A DNA stretch of 64,000 nucleotides from the IMG/VR virus record IMGVR_UViG_3300028186_000155. The stretch is one strand, 5' to 3'. The position numbers and the translations under genes were made by a program. The notes beneath the pieces were generated by a model that saw only the letters and a list, made by a program, of their open reading frames with translations, ran no database searches and was not told where the DNA came from. This stretch comes from a virus. Taxonomy: Duplodnaviria; Caudoviricetes. This document shows, piece by piece, positions 8,678 to 17,637 of the stretch (position 1 is its first letter; every line of letters begins with the position of its first letter).

Positions 8678-9489
8678 TCGGTAACTCGCTGGTTGAGGCC
8701 GCTGGAACGGCGCAGTTTGATTTTGAGATATTTACGGGTTTCTGGCTGCGGGTTGAACAGCAGGTGTGCCGCTTCGTCATGCGAAATGATTTGCACCGGA
8801 GCCGCTACCACTCGCGCACTAGCCAGCCCATATTTGAAGAGCAACGGGCCGAACTGATGCAGTGGGCCGGTGGTGTAAATTTTGTCGTTGTCGATTATCG
8901 TAACCTGATCTTTGGACCTGTAGCGTTTCGGGAATTGGCCGCTGTCAGTTTGCAGGATTTCGATTACTTGACCAGCCGACGTAATTTCGTGCTCTTCATC
9001 ACCATATTCCATGAACGATTGGCCTTCATGGTAAAAGATAGTGAAAATCGGATCGCCTTTTGCTTCGGCCATCAGGCGGAACGACACGTGCCATGCGTTG
9101 TACCAATCGGTAGTGGCACGCATGTGCGCAGACCCGACCTTGCAGGGTTTGTCCGTTGGATGCAGACGCACGCCGAGCGATTCAATGCGATTTTCTACAT
9201 CGGTAATCAGTGCTCTGAAATCGTCACGCTCAGCCTTCATGGTCGCCAAGCACTTTTCGATATATTCCAGCACTTCCTGATCAGGGACCGTATCAAAGAA
9301 CGTCTTGGCCTCAGCGACCGAGCCATCCAACATGATGCGCATGGTGTTACCGTATGACGTGACGTTGATTTTCAGCCGGTCAAACACAAACGAATAACCG
9401 GTGCGGGTAACGAAACCGAGGTCCAGCAATTTCTGACCCAGTTCTGCACGGGAACCCAAGTTAGTTTGTTTCTGCTTTGCAAGCTTCAT
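8674..9489 (-). CDS. hypothetical protein, family A
   Basis: tandem paralog of 9489..10316. Confidence 0.8.
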   Translation of the reverse strand: MKLAKQKQTNLGSRAELGQKLLDLGFVTRTGYSFVFDRLKINVTSYGNTMRIMLDGSVAEAKTFFDTVPDQEVLEYIEKCLATMKAERDDFRALITDVENRIESLGVRLHPTDKPCKVGSAHMRATTDWYNAWHVSFRLMAEAKGDPIFTIFYHEGQSFMEYGDEEHEITSAGQVIEILQTDSGQFPKRYRSKDQVTIIDNDKIYTTGPLHQFGPLLFKYGLASARVVAAPVQIISHDEAAHLLFNPQPETRKYLKIKLRRSSGLNQRVTE

Positions 9490-10316
9490 TAAATGTCATC
9501 CATCACTTTGTCGGCTAAGGCTTTGACTTCCATGAACATGCCCCGGTTGACCGGCATGCGGAAACGATATTCGTAATACTCTTTTGTGACTGGTTTGCCA
9601 CCCAGCAACAACTCGTTGAGCGCTTTGTCTTCCGATTGGCGAATCACAACGCCTTCCCGCTTGTGGCAACCGACCAAACCGAATTGGAAAAACAGCGGTT
9701 TGAAATCGCAGGCCGGGCGGTACGAGAACATCGATTTACCTTTGAACACTAGCGGCGACGATTCGTCTGGCCAGTCATCGAAGTCCTGACCCAACAGACG
9801 TTTGGTAACGTCTTGTTCGCAGGTGACTACCTGATCATAGAAAGCATGATCAAACAGGAAATCTTTGCCACGAATCGACATAGAAAACATTTCCTCTTCA
9901 CCGTTCATGTAACCACGGCAGAAGAAACCTAGAGTGAACGGCCAGTTGGTGGTTTTCTTGAACTTACCAATTACGCCCATGGTGCGCGCCCAGTATTGGA
10001 CTTCGACCGTGAGCGCCACAAATTCCTCAAGGCGTTTATTGAAAATCGCCATTTCGCTATCGATGTAGGCCACGATTTCATCGATTGGCACCGGGACACG
10101 GCGCTGGGTATTGTGATTGTAGCTGTCCCAATCCTTGCAGACTTCGATTTCGACCACGACGCCGTATTGGTTGATACGCACCGACAAATCGGTATCGGTT
10201 TTATGCTGCCACAGGTAGCCGCCGTCCGAATCGTCTTTATCGATTTTGAAGCCGTGACCACGCAGGCAATCGTTAAGCTTTTTCGAGCGAGTCATAGCGG
10301 GGTGTTGGTAGCTCAT
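9489..10316 (-). CDS. hypothetical protein, family A
   Basis: F.PL.F..GL ... LL...P.T..Y C-terminal motif. Confidence 0.8.
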   Translation of the reverse strand: MSYQHPAMTRSKKLNDCLRGHGFKIDKDDSDGGYLWQHKTDTDLSVRINQYGVVVEIEVCKDWDSYNHNTQRRVPVPIDEIVAYIDSEMAIFNKRLEEFVALTVEVQYWARTMGVIGKFKKTTNWPFTLGFFCRGYMNGEEEMFSMSIRGKDFLFDHAFYDQVVTCEQDVTKRLLGQDFDDWPDESSPLVFKGKSMFSYRPACDFKPLFFQFGLVGCHKREGVVIRQSEDKALNELLLGGKPVTKEYYEYRFRMPVNRGMFMEVKALADKVMDDI

Positions 10317-10855
10317 TTCTTCAGATCCTTGACGTATTTGTTGACGGCACGTTTTGCAGCAGCCTTGAGTTTCGGCACGGAGTCAAACCGCTTATGCCTT
10401 GCGCCTTTTACCGAACTTGTGCGGAGCGTATAAACATCCCGGCTTTCAGCACCCATGCTAACCACTTCGATTCCGTCGATCAGGATGCCCGCAATGTCTG
10501 GACACTCTGCTGGTGCGTCCAGTCGAAACGTATGGCCCGGCACCGTGACGTTTTCCAGAATCTGCTGGCGCACTTCAGCGAAATTTTGAATGATGGAATC
10601 AGCTTCGAGTTTTGCATCATCCAGCACCCGGCAAATAGCAGGCACAGATTCATCGGTAAATGTTCGTTGCACCAGCCCTTCCAGAACAATCGGGGATTTG
10701 TCCGCATTTTGTGGATCGCGGAAAATCTCCAACGCACCATCGAAATAAGCGGCGTGTACGACTGGCAGTTTCTTGTGGTGCGTAAAACCCAACTTGGATC
10801 GGGCATGCTTGACCACACGCTCGAAATCCTTCTGCGTGTAGCCGGTCATTTGCAC
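10313..10855 (-). CDS. hypothetical protein
   Basis: tiles operon. Confidence 0.7.
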   Translation of the reverse strand: MQMTGYTQKDFERVVKHARSKLGFTHHKKLPVVHAAYFDGALEIFRDPQNADKSPIVLEGLVQRTFTDESVPAICRVLDDAKLEADSIIQNFAEVRQQILENVTVPGHTFRLDAPAECPDIAGILIDGIEVVSMGAESRDVYTLRTSSVKGARHKRFDSVPKLKAAAKRAVNKYVKDLKK

Positions 10856-11499
10856 ATGTCCTTGTAGGAAATCACATCAGAGTTTTTGCCGTTGTCCATA
10901 AAGAACGAATAGGCCTCAGCACGCGGCAGCGGGTAGCGCCCCGGCTCTGCATCTTTCACGTTGACTTTCGGGTGCGTGCCATCACTCATGTGGGCCAAAA
11001 CCGATACGCCATTGTTGGGCATATCCACAAAGGTTTTTTCTTCCATGTGGCGCAGATCATACAGGCGCCAGTTGAAAATGGTGAAATAGCGATACGAATA
11101 TTCGCGATTGCCCTTGACCGTCCGATCACCCACTTTGAAGATGCATTGCGTTTCGTGCGAACCGTATTTGTTCCAGTCCTGCACCACTTCGCCACGGTAG
11201 GCCCAGCCGATGGCCCCCAGCAGCGCCAGCAGGCCCACGAAGCACGCAAAGATCCAAGCGCGTACCATCCACTTGCCAAACGCGATACGGCTTTTGTCGG
11301 CCTTCGCCTGCGCGGTGCCGAGGCTGGCGACGTGTTCTGCCTCGCTGGCGAGATTTGCCGCCAACACCTCGATTTCTTCCGGCGTTAACGGAGGCAGCGC
11401 CCGGTCCGCTGCGTCTGGGACGTGCGGTGGCAATTCTTGATCTTTGTTCAGTTCGTCATTGATTTTCGACATGTCCAGCCCTTCCCCTGTGTGTCCCAC
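10846..11499 (-). CDS. single-pass membrane protein
   Basis: TM segment AWIFACFVGLLALLGAIGWAY; start may be MSKIN. Confidence 0.75.
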   Translation of the reverse strand: MGHTGEGLDMSKINDELNKDQELPPHVPDAADRALPPLTPEEIEVLAANLASEAEHVASLGTAQAKADKSRIAFGKWMVRAWIFACFVGLLALLGAIGWAYRGEVVQDWNKYGSHETQCIFKVGDRTVKGNREYSYRYFTIFNWRLYDLRHMEEKTFVDMPNNGVSVLAHMSDGTHPKVNVKDAEPGRYPLPRAEAYSFFMDNGKNSDVISYKDMCK

Positions 11500-11508
11500 A
11501 ATTGATCC

Positions 11509-12057
11509 TTAATATTTATCAGCGAAAAATTCAATCTTCGCCCTGTGTTTTTCAAACAGTTCTTGATCAGTAGTCCATACCAGATCAGTGTTGGTAAAGA
11601 CGTGCGTTTTCTCGCAAACGAACTGGCACTGCCGCACATTGCCAATGGCCGCCGAGTGCGCCCAGCGCATAACCATCATCAGCCGCGTAAGATTCACCAG
11701 CGGCGACGTGTAGGCCACGTGGTACACGTTCGCATTCTGGCGCGGGATATGGTTGTACAGGATAGACAGGCTGGTGCCCTCTACCCAAAACAAATTCGTT
11801 GGCTGTTCGAGGAAATATTTCTGCGGAAGCCAGCCCTGCTTCTTAACCAGAATTTTCTTTCTGATGCTGTGAATAAATTCCAGCAGGTTTTGATCTTGGC
11901 GAAAGGCAGCGCCTTCCACTAAATGCTTTAGACGGGCCAGTGTCCCGTCCATAGCTGCGCGTGCATCCCGAATGGCAATCCACTGTTCTTTTGATACGCG
12001 TGGTCGCTTTTCGGGGCTTACTTGCTGCGCTTGTGAACCTTGATTCACCTGTTCCAT
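11509..12057 (-). CDS. hypothetical protein
   Basis: AAGGA SD; tiles operon. Confidence 0.75.
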   Translation of the reverse strand: MEQVNQGSQAQQVSPEKRPRVSKEQWIAIRDARAAMDGTLARLKHLVEGAAFRQDQNLLEFIHSIRKKILVKKQGWLPQKYFLEQPTNLFWVEGTSLSILYNHIPRQNANVYHVAYTSPLVNLTRLMMVMRWAHSAAIGNVRQCQFVCEKTHVFTNTDLVWTTDQELFEKHRAKIEFFADKY

Positions 12058-12075
12058 TTAGGCTTTCCTTGTACC

Positions 12076-12453
12076 CTAGATTTTTCGCCCAATTGTCGTT
12101 GGGTCTTCGGAATCGCTGATGTATTGATAGCCGCCCTTGTTGTACAGGGGCGCAGTGCGTTTCTTTTTGCGTTCGATTTCTTCCTGTGCCGCCTGTTCAC
12201 GTGCAGCCCAGTCTTCACCCTCGACCAGAAAAACGCCTTCCTCGGTCACGGTCAGTTTTTTCGCACTCGGCAAATGTCCAACGTCCGACGTGCGATATTC
12301 GAGTTTAAGGGACGATCCATCGTCCACTTTCTTTGCAGCTTTTGGCAAAGAACCATCGGCATTACGGCCCAGCTGTTTTGCCAGCTTTGCACGGGCCGCC
12401 GCTTCCTGTTGTTCTTTGCGCTTGCGTTCTTGTTGCTGCTTTTTGGTCAGCAT
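12076..12453 (-). CDS. basic phage protein with APLYNKGGYQY motif
   Basis: GGAG SD; motif type recalled from myovirus hypotheticals. Confidence 0.75.
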   Translation of the reverse strand: MLTKKQQQERKRKEQQEAAARAKLAKQLGRNADGSLPKAAKKVDDGSSLKLEYRTSDVGHLPSAKKLTVTEEGVFLVEGEDWAAREQAAQEEIERKKKRTAPLYNKGGYQYISDSEDPTTIGRKI

Positions 12454-12455
12454 GT

Positions 12456-12779
12456 TTACTCCCGCGTTTTGAACTCGGTTTTATTGAGAATGATGGTAGC
12501 CTTATCCTTGTTTACAGTTTGGGTCACAGGCTGCTGCACAGGGGCCGGTGCGTCCACGTCTTCGGCAGAACGAATCAGGATTTCGTCACGCAGGCCACGC
12601 GAACCGAACTCGATGCCACCAATGGTCAGCGAGGATTGGCAGGTGTAGAAAATGGTTTGACCTACGGCCCAGCCAGCGGCCACGATTGGCCATGGGAATT
12701 TCACCTGCTCCAGATCCACTTTCGGATCAAACATCATCACAGCTTCTTTGCCTTCGATTTTGACAACAACGTATTTCAT
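12456..12779 (-). CDS. small phage protein, divergent family B
   Basis: MKYVV...VAAGW...S.T....SRG..D. Confidence 0.7.
   Translation of the reverse strand: MKYVVVKIEGKEAVMMFDPKVDLEQVKFPWPIVAAGWAVGQTIFYTCQSSLTIGGIEFGSRGLRDEILIRSAEDVDAPAPVQQPVTQTVNKDKATIILNKTEFKTRE
12510..12520 (-). promoter_or_regulatory. AAACTGTAAAC motif copy 4
   Basis: exact 11-mer 56 nt upstream of ATG 12453, inside the 3' end of the previous gene. Confidence 0.55.
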
Positions 12780-12786
12780 GTGGACC

Positions 12787-13020
12787 TCAATGGTGTGCAG
12801 CGTTTTCGAGAAGATCAGTCATGTCGTCATAACTGATGAACGCTTTGTTTTGTTCGATGGTGAAACTGCCGTTATCGACAGTAGCGATTATTTCAAAGTC
12901 GCCGGATAGTTGTCGCGGAACTGCTGCAACAAAGAAATCGCCGTAGCGGTGGATATCGGCTGCTCGGACTTGATCGATAAACAGCGTTTCGGATCGCGAA
13001 GCATATACGCGAAGTACCAT
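12787..13020 (-). CDS. hypothetical protein (MVLRVY...)
   Basis: GGAGA SD. Confidence 0.7.
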   Translation of the reverse strand: MVLRVYASRSETLFIDQVRAADIHRYGDFFVAAVPRQLSGDFEIIATVDNGSFTIEQNKAFISYDDMTDLLENAAHH

Positions 13021-13039
13021 GGTTGTTTCTCCAGACGTT

Positions 13040-13771
13040 TCATTTAGGTTGCTCCCCTGTTTGCTCCAAAGCAAAATCTTTGGTGCGAGTAAATTGGTGT
13101 GACCTTGGTGAATTGAAATCGGTGCAGCTGAAATGCTCTGTGTCTTTGGCCCACGTGTTGAACTTCGAATAAAATCCATAACCGAGGGTGACTGGCTTTT
13201 GTTTGTGCGGCACCCGCCCCAGCAGCATATCTACCGAGAACGTTTCACCCATCGGCCACTCTTTAGCCATTTGACGAACCGCGTCCTGCAATTGCTGTTG
13301 CGTCATGCGGCGCAGTGCCAGTGGATCACGTGGCTTTTTGTTGGCGCGTCCCTTGGGCAGCGGCGCTTCTACGTCGCTAATGCGCTGGAACAGGTTGCCA
13401 TTTTGTGCCGGGATTATGCGGAACTCTTCGTGACGGCGAACCCACTGCGCGAACACAGAATGCCAGTAGCCGGGCACCTTCAGTGAACTGAATTGGTTAC
13501 GGCTATGCAGGCGAATCACAAGGTCATACAGGCTAAACATCATGCCCATTTTTATTGTGCGGGCCACCGGGACCAGTTCAGTCCATTCGAGGCTATCCAG
13601 CGGCACGGCCTGTTTTTCATACAGGTCTTCAGTGGTCGCCAAATGTTGCTCAAGAATTTTGCTAATCGCCTGTTCGACCGTTTCGCCTGTGCGCTCGCAA
13701 TGATCGGCCAGCGCACGGTGCAGGTCTTCACCAATATCCAGCTTCAACAAAACTTTTTTATCTTGTTCCAT
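13040..13771 (-). CDS. RHH DNA-binding protein with two repeated C-terminal domains
   Basis: LKLDIGEDLHRALADHCERTGETVEQAISKIL; two G..FS...L...F..W repeats. Confidence 0.7.
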   Translation of the reverse strand: MEQDKKVLLKLDIGEDLHRALADHCERTGETVEQAISKILEQHLATTEDLYEKQAVPLDSLEWTELVPVARTIKMGMMFSLYDLVIRLHSRNQFSSLKVPGYWHSVFAQWVRRHEEFRIIPAQNGNLFQRISDVEAPLPKGRANKKPRDPLALRRMTQQQLQDAVRQMAKEWPMGETFSVDMLLGRVPHKQKPVTLGYGFYSKFNTWAKDTEHFSCTDFNSPRSHQFTRTKDFALEQTGEQPK

Positions 13772-13857
13772 TGTTCCTCCTTAGAGGCTGCCCCACATGC
13801 CGAACAGCCGATCCATTTCGCCCAGTGCATTCCCCTGCTGCACCGGCACCGCCTGTT

Positions 13858-14052
13858 TTACGGCAGGTGTTCCCACTCGGCTAGGATTAACCGGACTTTT
13901 AGATTGCGCCTTAGCACCTTGCATTCTTTCGGTGTGAACTGCCGGGCGCGTAATCTGCTTTTGCATGATAAAATCTTAGTCTCTTGAATTGCGAAAATAT
14001 ATTCGCCCGATGGCAACCGGGCTACATAGCGTTTACAGTTTTCCCTGTCCAC
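13858..14052 (-). CDS. small hypothetical, family C domain
   Basis: YVARLPSGEYI...ARQF; overlaps an alternative ORF 13781..13966. Confidence 0.5.
   Translation of the reverse strand: MDRENCKRYVARLPSGEYIFAIQETKILSCKSRLRARQFTPKECKVLRRNLKVRLILAEWEHLP
14031..14041 (-). promoter_or_regulatory. AAACTGTAAAC motif copy 5
   Basis: exact 11-mer containing the stop of 14033..14281. Confidence 0.55.
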
Positions 14053-14281
14053 TGCGCACCACCTTGCGCGACCAGAACAACAGGGCCACCATGGTGCCCT
14101 GAATGATGGTGATCAGGCCGTGAATTATCAAAAGTAGCCAGCGCGTTTCGTTATCAGCGGCCAAGGATTCCGCACGGAGGAAACAGATGCTGGCAATCAT
14201 CAGCAAACCCATCATTATCGCAATGGGCCATACGTTGTGCATTACAGCTTTTGCCACGCCTTTTTGTCGTTCGTTGTACAT
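14033..14281 (-). CDS. small membrane protein (2 TM)
   Basis: two hydrophobic helices. Confidence 0.7.
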   Translation of the reverse strand: MYNERQKGVAKAVMHNVWPIAIMMGLLMIASICFLRAESLAADNETRWLLLIIHGLITIIQGTMVALLFWSRKVVRSGQGKL

Positions 14282-14988
14282 CAGTAAGCCCCTTCGTGCG
14301 GTGGCAGATTTTGCAGGCTCAGGGCACGCACAGCGGCTTCACGTGCGGGCAGCGTGCGGGTCCAGATGATCTTGCCGGGATCGGTGAACATTTTCGCCTG
14401 TTTCAGGAAGCCGATTTGCAATTCGATTGCGTCGGCCACGTCCACGTTCATTTCTTCGCACAGGTCGAACATGACGTGTTGCACGCAACGCGGTTCACAG
14501 CTTTCCATCAGGTCGGCATCGCGCAGCACTTTTTCCATCAAATTTTGCGGTGGGTTCGGGAAGCCGTGCGCAAACTCGGTGCAGCGGATCATGTTTTCAA
14601 TCCGGCCCAACGAAACACCGCCGAAGTAATCTTGCACGCACTCTGCTTGCCGTAGCCCGTGGATAGCGATTTGGATATTTTTGCTATCGGGACCACCACC
14701 GGTATGGCCGAAATCGTGGAACAGCGCGGCGCACAACGTTTGCGAAATTTCGTGACGCAGGCGCCAGCCCATTGCGGCAAACAATTCGAGGCAGCGGTGT
14801 GCCACACGGATGCAGTGATCGACGTTGTGGTACGGCTGGTGCGTGTCGAATTGCGGCTTTTGCACATACTCGAAAATCGCACCCATTTTGTATTCGTCAA
14901 TCGCGGCCTCAAACATGGCACGGCGATAGGTAGCGGCCACGTCCAGTTCAGCGTCCAGAACTGCTACGGTTTTTTCACTGTACGACAT
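14281..14988 (-). CDS. HD-superfamily phosphohydrolase, PDEase-like
   Basis: YHNVDH, AALFHDFGHTG, DADL. Confidence 0.85.
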   Translation of the reverse strand: MSYSEKTVAVLDAELDVAATYRRAMFEAAIDEYKMGAIFEYVQKPQFDTHQPYHNVDHCIRVAHRCLELFAAMGWRLRHEISQTLCAALFHDFGHTGGGPDSKNIQIAIHGLRQAECVQDYFGGVSLGRIENMIRCTEFAHGFPNPPQNLMEKVLRDADLMESCEPRCVQHVMFDLCEEMNVDVADAIELQIGFLKQAKMFTDPGKIIWTRTLPAREAAVRALSLQNLPPHEGAY

Positions 14989-15006
14989 TTTGGTTCACCT
15001 CTTGGG

Positions 15007-15210
15007 TTATTTGCCTTTTTGCCCGGCTGTGTAAGCTGCGCGCATCACCATGAACATACCCAACATCAGGATGCACATAATGGTGCCCATTGCCTTGTGC
15101 GCACGGCCCTTGGAGAAATCGATCATGCAATCGACCGCCATCCCGATAAGGCCAACCCAGCACACATGCCACCAGCCAATGATCGGCAATTTACTCAGCA
15201 GCTTTTGCAT
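15007..15210 (-). CDS. small membrane protein
   Basis: two hydrophobic segments; tiles operon. Confidence 0.65.
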   Translation of the reverse strand: MQKLLSKLPIIGWWHVCWVGLIGMAVDCMIDFSKGRAHKAMGTIMCILMLGMFMVMRAAYTAGQKGK

Positions 15211-16147
15211 TCTTTTTGGCCTTCAATTCTTTTTCGTAACCGGCGCCGATGTGCTCCAGCCGTTGGGCCGTGCCTTTCTTGTCGTGCCATTTGTTGTGCT
15301 TCATTACGCGATTGACCGCTGCTTTGTGGTCGTATTTCTTTTCGCGCTCTTTGGTGTACAACTTGGTCAGCAGATCATCCGGGTTGTACCGATAAATATG
15401 CGCTTCGTCCCACACGATGAATTTCCGTTCCAGATCGAAATCGAAATGGTGGTCGCTATTGATTGGTGATCGAGGTTTGGTGCGCACCACACGCATAGGA
15501 TTTCGGGGCAAAGAATCGCAGATGAACCGTTCCATATTTTTCATCGAGGCTTCCATGTCAATGGAGTCCTCCAGACACACGGTAAACGGCTTGCCCAGTT
15601 CTGCCAGTCGTTTGTATACCTGCAATTGATGCGCATACATGGGCGGACGGCCAGCGCTGTAAAGCGGCAATCCGCCGCTCAAGTAACCGCCGGGAAGCAG
15701 GCCGGGATCGAAACCCATAATCGGAATGCGTGGCTCGGATTTTACACCCAGTCTCTCGCGAATCCATTCAAGGCTGTTTGCAAATTCTTGCGCCATTTTT
15801 TCACACTCCACATTGGTGCCTTGCACAGGGTGATTGCGCAGGAAACTGAATGGGCCGTCGTCAATTTCGCTACGGTGGCCGACGCAATCCCACATGCCGG
15901 TTTTGCCCGCGCCTTTTGGAATGTTCATGGTTTGCCATTGCCGTGGACGGGACCGGGCGAAGAGGCGTTCCCTAGCTTGCCAGTTGGTGCGGGCAGGAGG
16001 TTGCCAGCGATAATCACCAAACACCACCATGTTGCGTATACGATCCCACAGGGCTTTGGCTTCGGGTGCATTCAGTTCCATCGGGGTTTTACCGATCAGC
16101 CCAATGTAATCGACTGCCCGGAAATCACGATCATGGTTTTGTTCCAC
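15191..16147 (-). CDS. hypothetical protein with scattered NTPase, nuclease and polymerase-like motifs
   Basis: NIPKGAGKT, NHPVQGT, IMGFDPG, YAHQ, IVWDEAH. Confidence 0.75.
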   Translation of the reverse strand: MEQNHDRDFRAVDYIGLIGKTPMELNAPEAKALWDRIRNMVVFGDYRWQPPARTNWQARERLFARSRPRQWQTMNIPKGAGKTGMWDCVGHRSEIDDGPFSFLRNHPVQGTNVECEKMAQEFANSLEWIRERLGVKSEPRIPIMGFDPGLLPGGYLSGGLPLYSAGRPPMYAHQLQVYKRLAELGKPFTVCLEDSIDMEASMKNMERFICDSLPRNPMRVVRTKPRSPINSDHHFDFDLERKFIVWDEAHIYRYNPDDLLTKLYTKEREKKYDHKAAVNRVMKHNKWHDKKGTAQRLEHIGAGYEKELKAKKNAKAAE

Positions 16148-16322
16148 GTTCTGCCTCTTTTTTCAGTTCTGCAATTTTGGTCAGTGCTTGGGCCACCAGA
16201 CGCTGGCGCAGTTTCGGCGGCACATACGCATAGTCACGATTGAGCCGGGCCGCAACCGCTTTGCCGTCCAGCCCTTCGGCCAAAAGTTTGGCAATGGATT
16301 CCGCCATTTGATCAACGACCAT
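16131..16322 (-). CDS. small HTH-like protein
   Basis: LLAEGLDGKAVAARLN. Confidence 0.6.
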   Translation of the reverse strand: MVVDQMAESIAKLLAEGLDGKAVAARLNRDYAYVPPKLRQRLVAQALTKIAELKKEAERGTKP

Positions 16323-16747
16323 CAGCGATTCACACCGTAGCTAACGGCCAGCTTGTTGATACCACGGCGGAAAGAATCGGTGTAAAACTCGACACGATAC
16401 GGACGCTCCAGCACGTTGAATGCGTCGTAGAAATCAATGCTTGGGCCATCCTCGGGGCACGCCAGATGCAACACCACATAAGGGCGCTCGGTGCTGCGTG
16501 CACGCAACGCATTTACAGAACGTTCAATTTCGCGAATTGCGATTTCCACCAGTTCGATTGCCGAGTCGCTATGGACCACGCAACCGTCGAAGGTGAAGAC
16601 GTGCAGGCCTCGCGCTTCGTCGTAGGAATACAGCGGCGTTTCTGTAGCGGTCTTCAGCGGTGAATCATTGAACAGCGTAGGCACCACGTCGAGGAAGAAA
16701 ATGCATGGGAAGAAAGGTTTTTTGCCGTCGTATTTCAGAAGATCCAT
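16322..16747 (-). CDS. hypothetical protein (MDLLKY...)
   Basis: AAGGTG SD; TAATG overlap. Confidence 0.7.
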   Translation of the reverse strand: MDLLKYDGKKPFFPCIFFLDVVPTLFNDSPLKTATETPLYSYDEARGLHVFTFDGCVVHSDSAIELVEIAIREIERSVNALRARSTERPYVVLHLACPEDGPSIDFYDAFNVLERPYRVEFYTDSFRRGINKLAVSYGVNR

Positions 16748-16926
16748 TACAACACCTTTTGCAGAATTTGTTTGATGATGTGAACAGTTGCGAACATGCC
16801 GACCGCCATGTGCATCGGGGTCAACTGGTGCCAATAGGTTTTGGTGCGCCAGCCGTGGAACAGGTAGAAGCCCGCGAAGCTATACATGCCGTACAGCAGC
16901 CACCGCCAGATATCCCAGTCATCCAT
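16747..16926 (-). CDS. 59-aa membrane peptide (not in ORF track)
   Basis: MDDWDIWRWLLYGMYSFAGFYLF...; fills the gap with overlaps at both ends. Confidence 0.65.
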   Translation of the reverse strand: MDDWDIWRWLLYGMYSFAGFYLFHGWRTKTYWHQLTPMHMAVGMFATVHIIKQILQKVL

Positions 16927-17446
16927 GATAATAAAAATCCATGCGCATCTGGCTATGGTTCACGCACAGGTCGATTATTTCAGAGCGCTTTTTGCCTTTG
17001 AAGCTATCTCGGAATTCTGTGAGCATGCGGCCCATCGCGTCTGCACCTTTCCCATCGCGCCCGGTGCCCCAGTCCTTATCCCAATCGGCTTTGTGCACCA
17101 ACCGCCCTTTGGTTTCCAGTAGGGCTAACAGGCGGATAGGGTTTTGCAAATACGCTTCACGAATCGCGATTTTCATCGTGTCGTAACGCTTCGATTTTTG
17201 ATCCTTGCGTTCCTTGCCCTTCGCCTTGGGGCCGCCGAAATGTTTGGCCTTGTAGGGATCAAAGGAATTTAGGATTTTGGTGCGCAGTTCTTTTTCGCTC
17301 GGGTCCAGCGAATAAAACTGGTACATGTGTTCGATGGATTTGAACAGCCGTTTCTTGTAGAAAAACGGCGAGGGCCACATCGCGCTCCACATCGGATTTT
17401 CATACGAGTTAAATTCGATGATCGGTACAGTCGTTTTCTTCGCCAC
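16919..17446 (-). CDS. NADAR (YbiA-like) family protein
   Basis: S..WPSPF, SIEHMYQ, P..AK..G, QNP..L..LLET, D..WG.G.DGKG...MG.ML...R. Confidence 0.9.
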   Translation of the reverse strand: MAKKTTVPIIEFNSYENPMWSAMWPSPFFYKKRLFKSIEHMYQFYSLDPSEKELRTKILNSFDPYKAKHFGGPKAKGKERKDQKSKRYDTMKIAIREAYLQNPIRLLALLETKGRLVHKADWDKDWGTGRDGKGADAMGRMLTEFRDSFKGKKRSEIIDLCVNHSQMRMDFYYHG

Positions 17447-17585
17447 TTAAACCTTGCCCTTTTTCTGGTGTGCCGTCCGGGTTGAGTTTCACCCAGCGCG
17501 CTTCGATATGCGGCCACGGGTGGTATGGATTCGGTTCAACAAAGTGAACCTTTACTGCCGGAAATAAGCTGGGGAGTTTATCCAT
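17409..17585 (-). CDS. 58-aa hypothetical (not in ORF track)
   Basis: MDKLPSLFPAVKVHF...; AAGGT SD. Confidence 0.55.
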   Translation of the reverse strand: MDKLPSLFPAVKVHFVEPNPYHPWPHIEARWVKLNPDGTPEKGQGLSGEENDCTDHRI

Positions 17586-17606
17586 TTTTCATTGTACCTT
17601 TGGAGT

Positions 17607-17627
17607 GGGGCACCACAAGGGCACCCC
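17607..17627 (-). promoter_or_regulatory. intergenic GC-rich hairpin
   Basis: GGGGTGCC-CTTGT-GGTGCCCC with two G-U pairs. Confidence 0.5.
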
Positions 17628-17637
17628 AAACGATTAA

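Noticed and set aside
13781-13966. 61-aa ORF
   Set aside because: Overlaps 13858..14052 by 109 nt and has no clear SD; cannot decide, so not called
15191-16147. Functional SF2 helicase or terminase
   Set aside because: Motif order is wrong and later helicase motifs are missing
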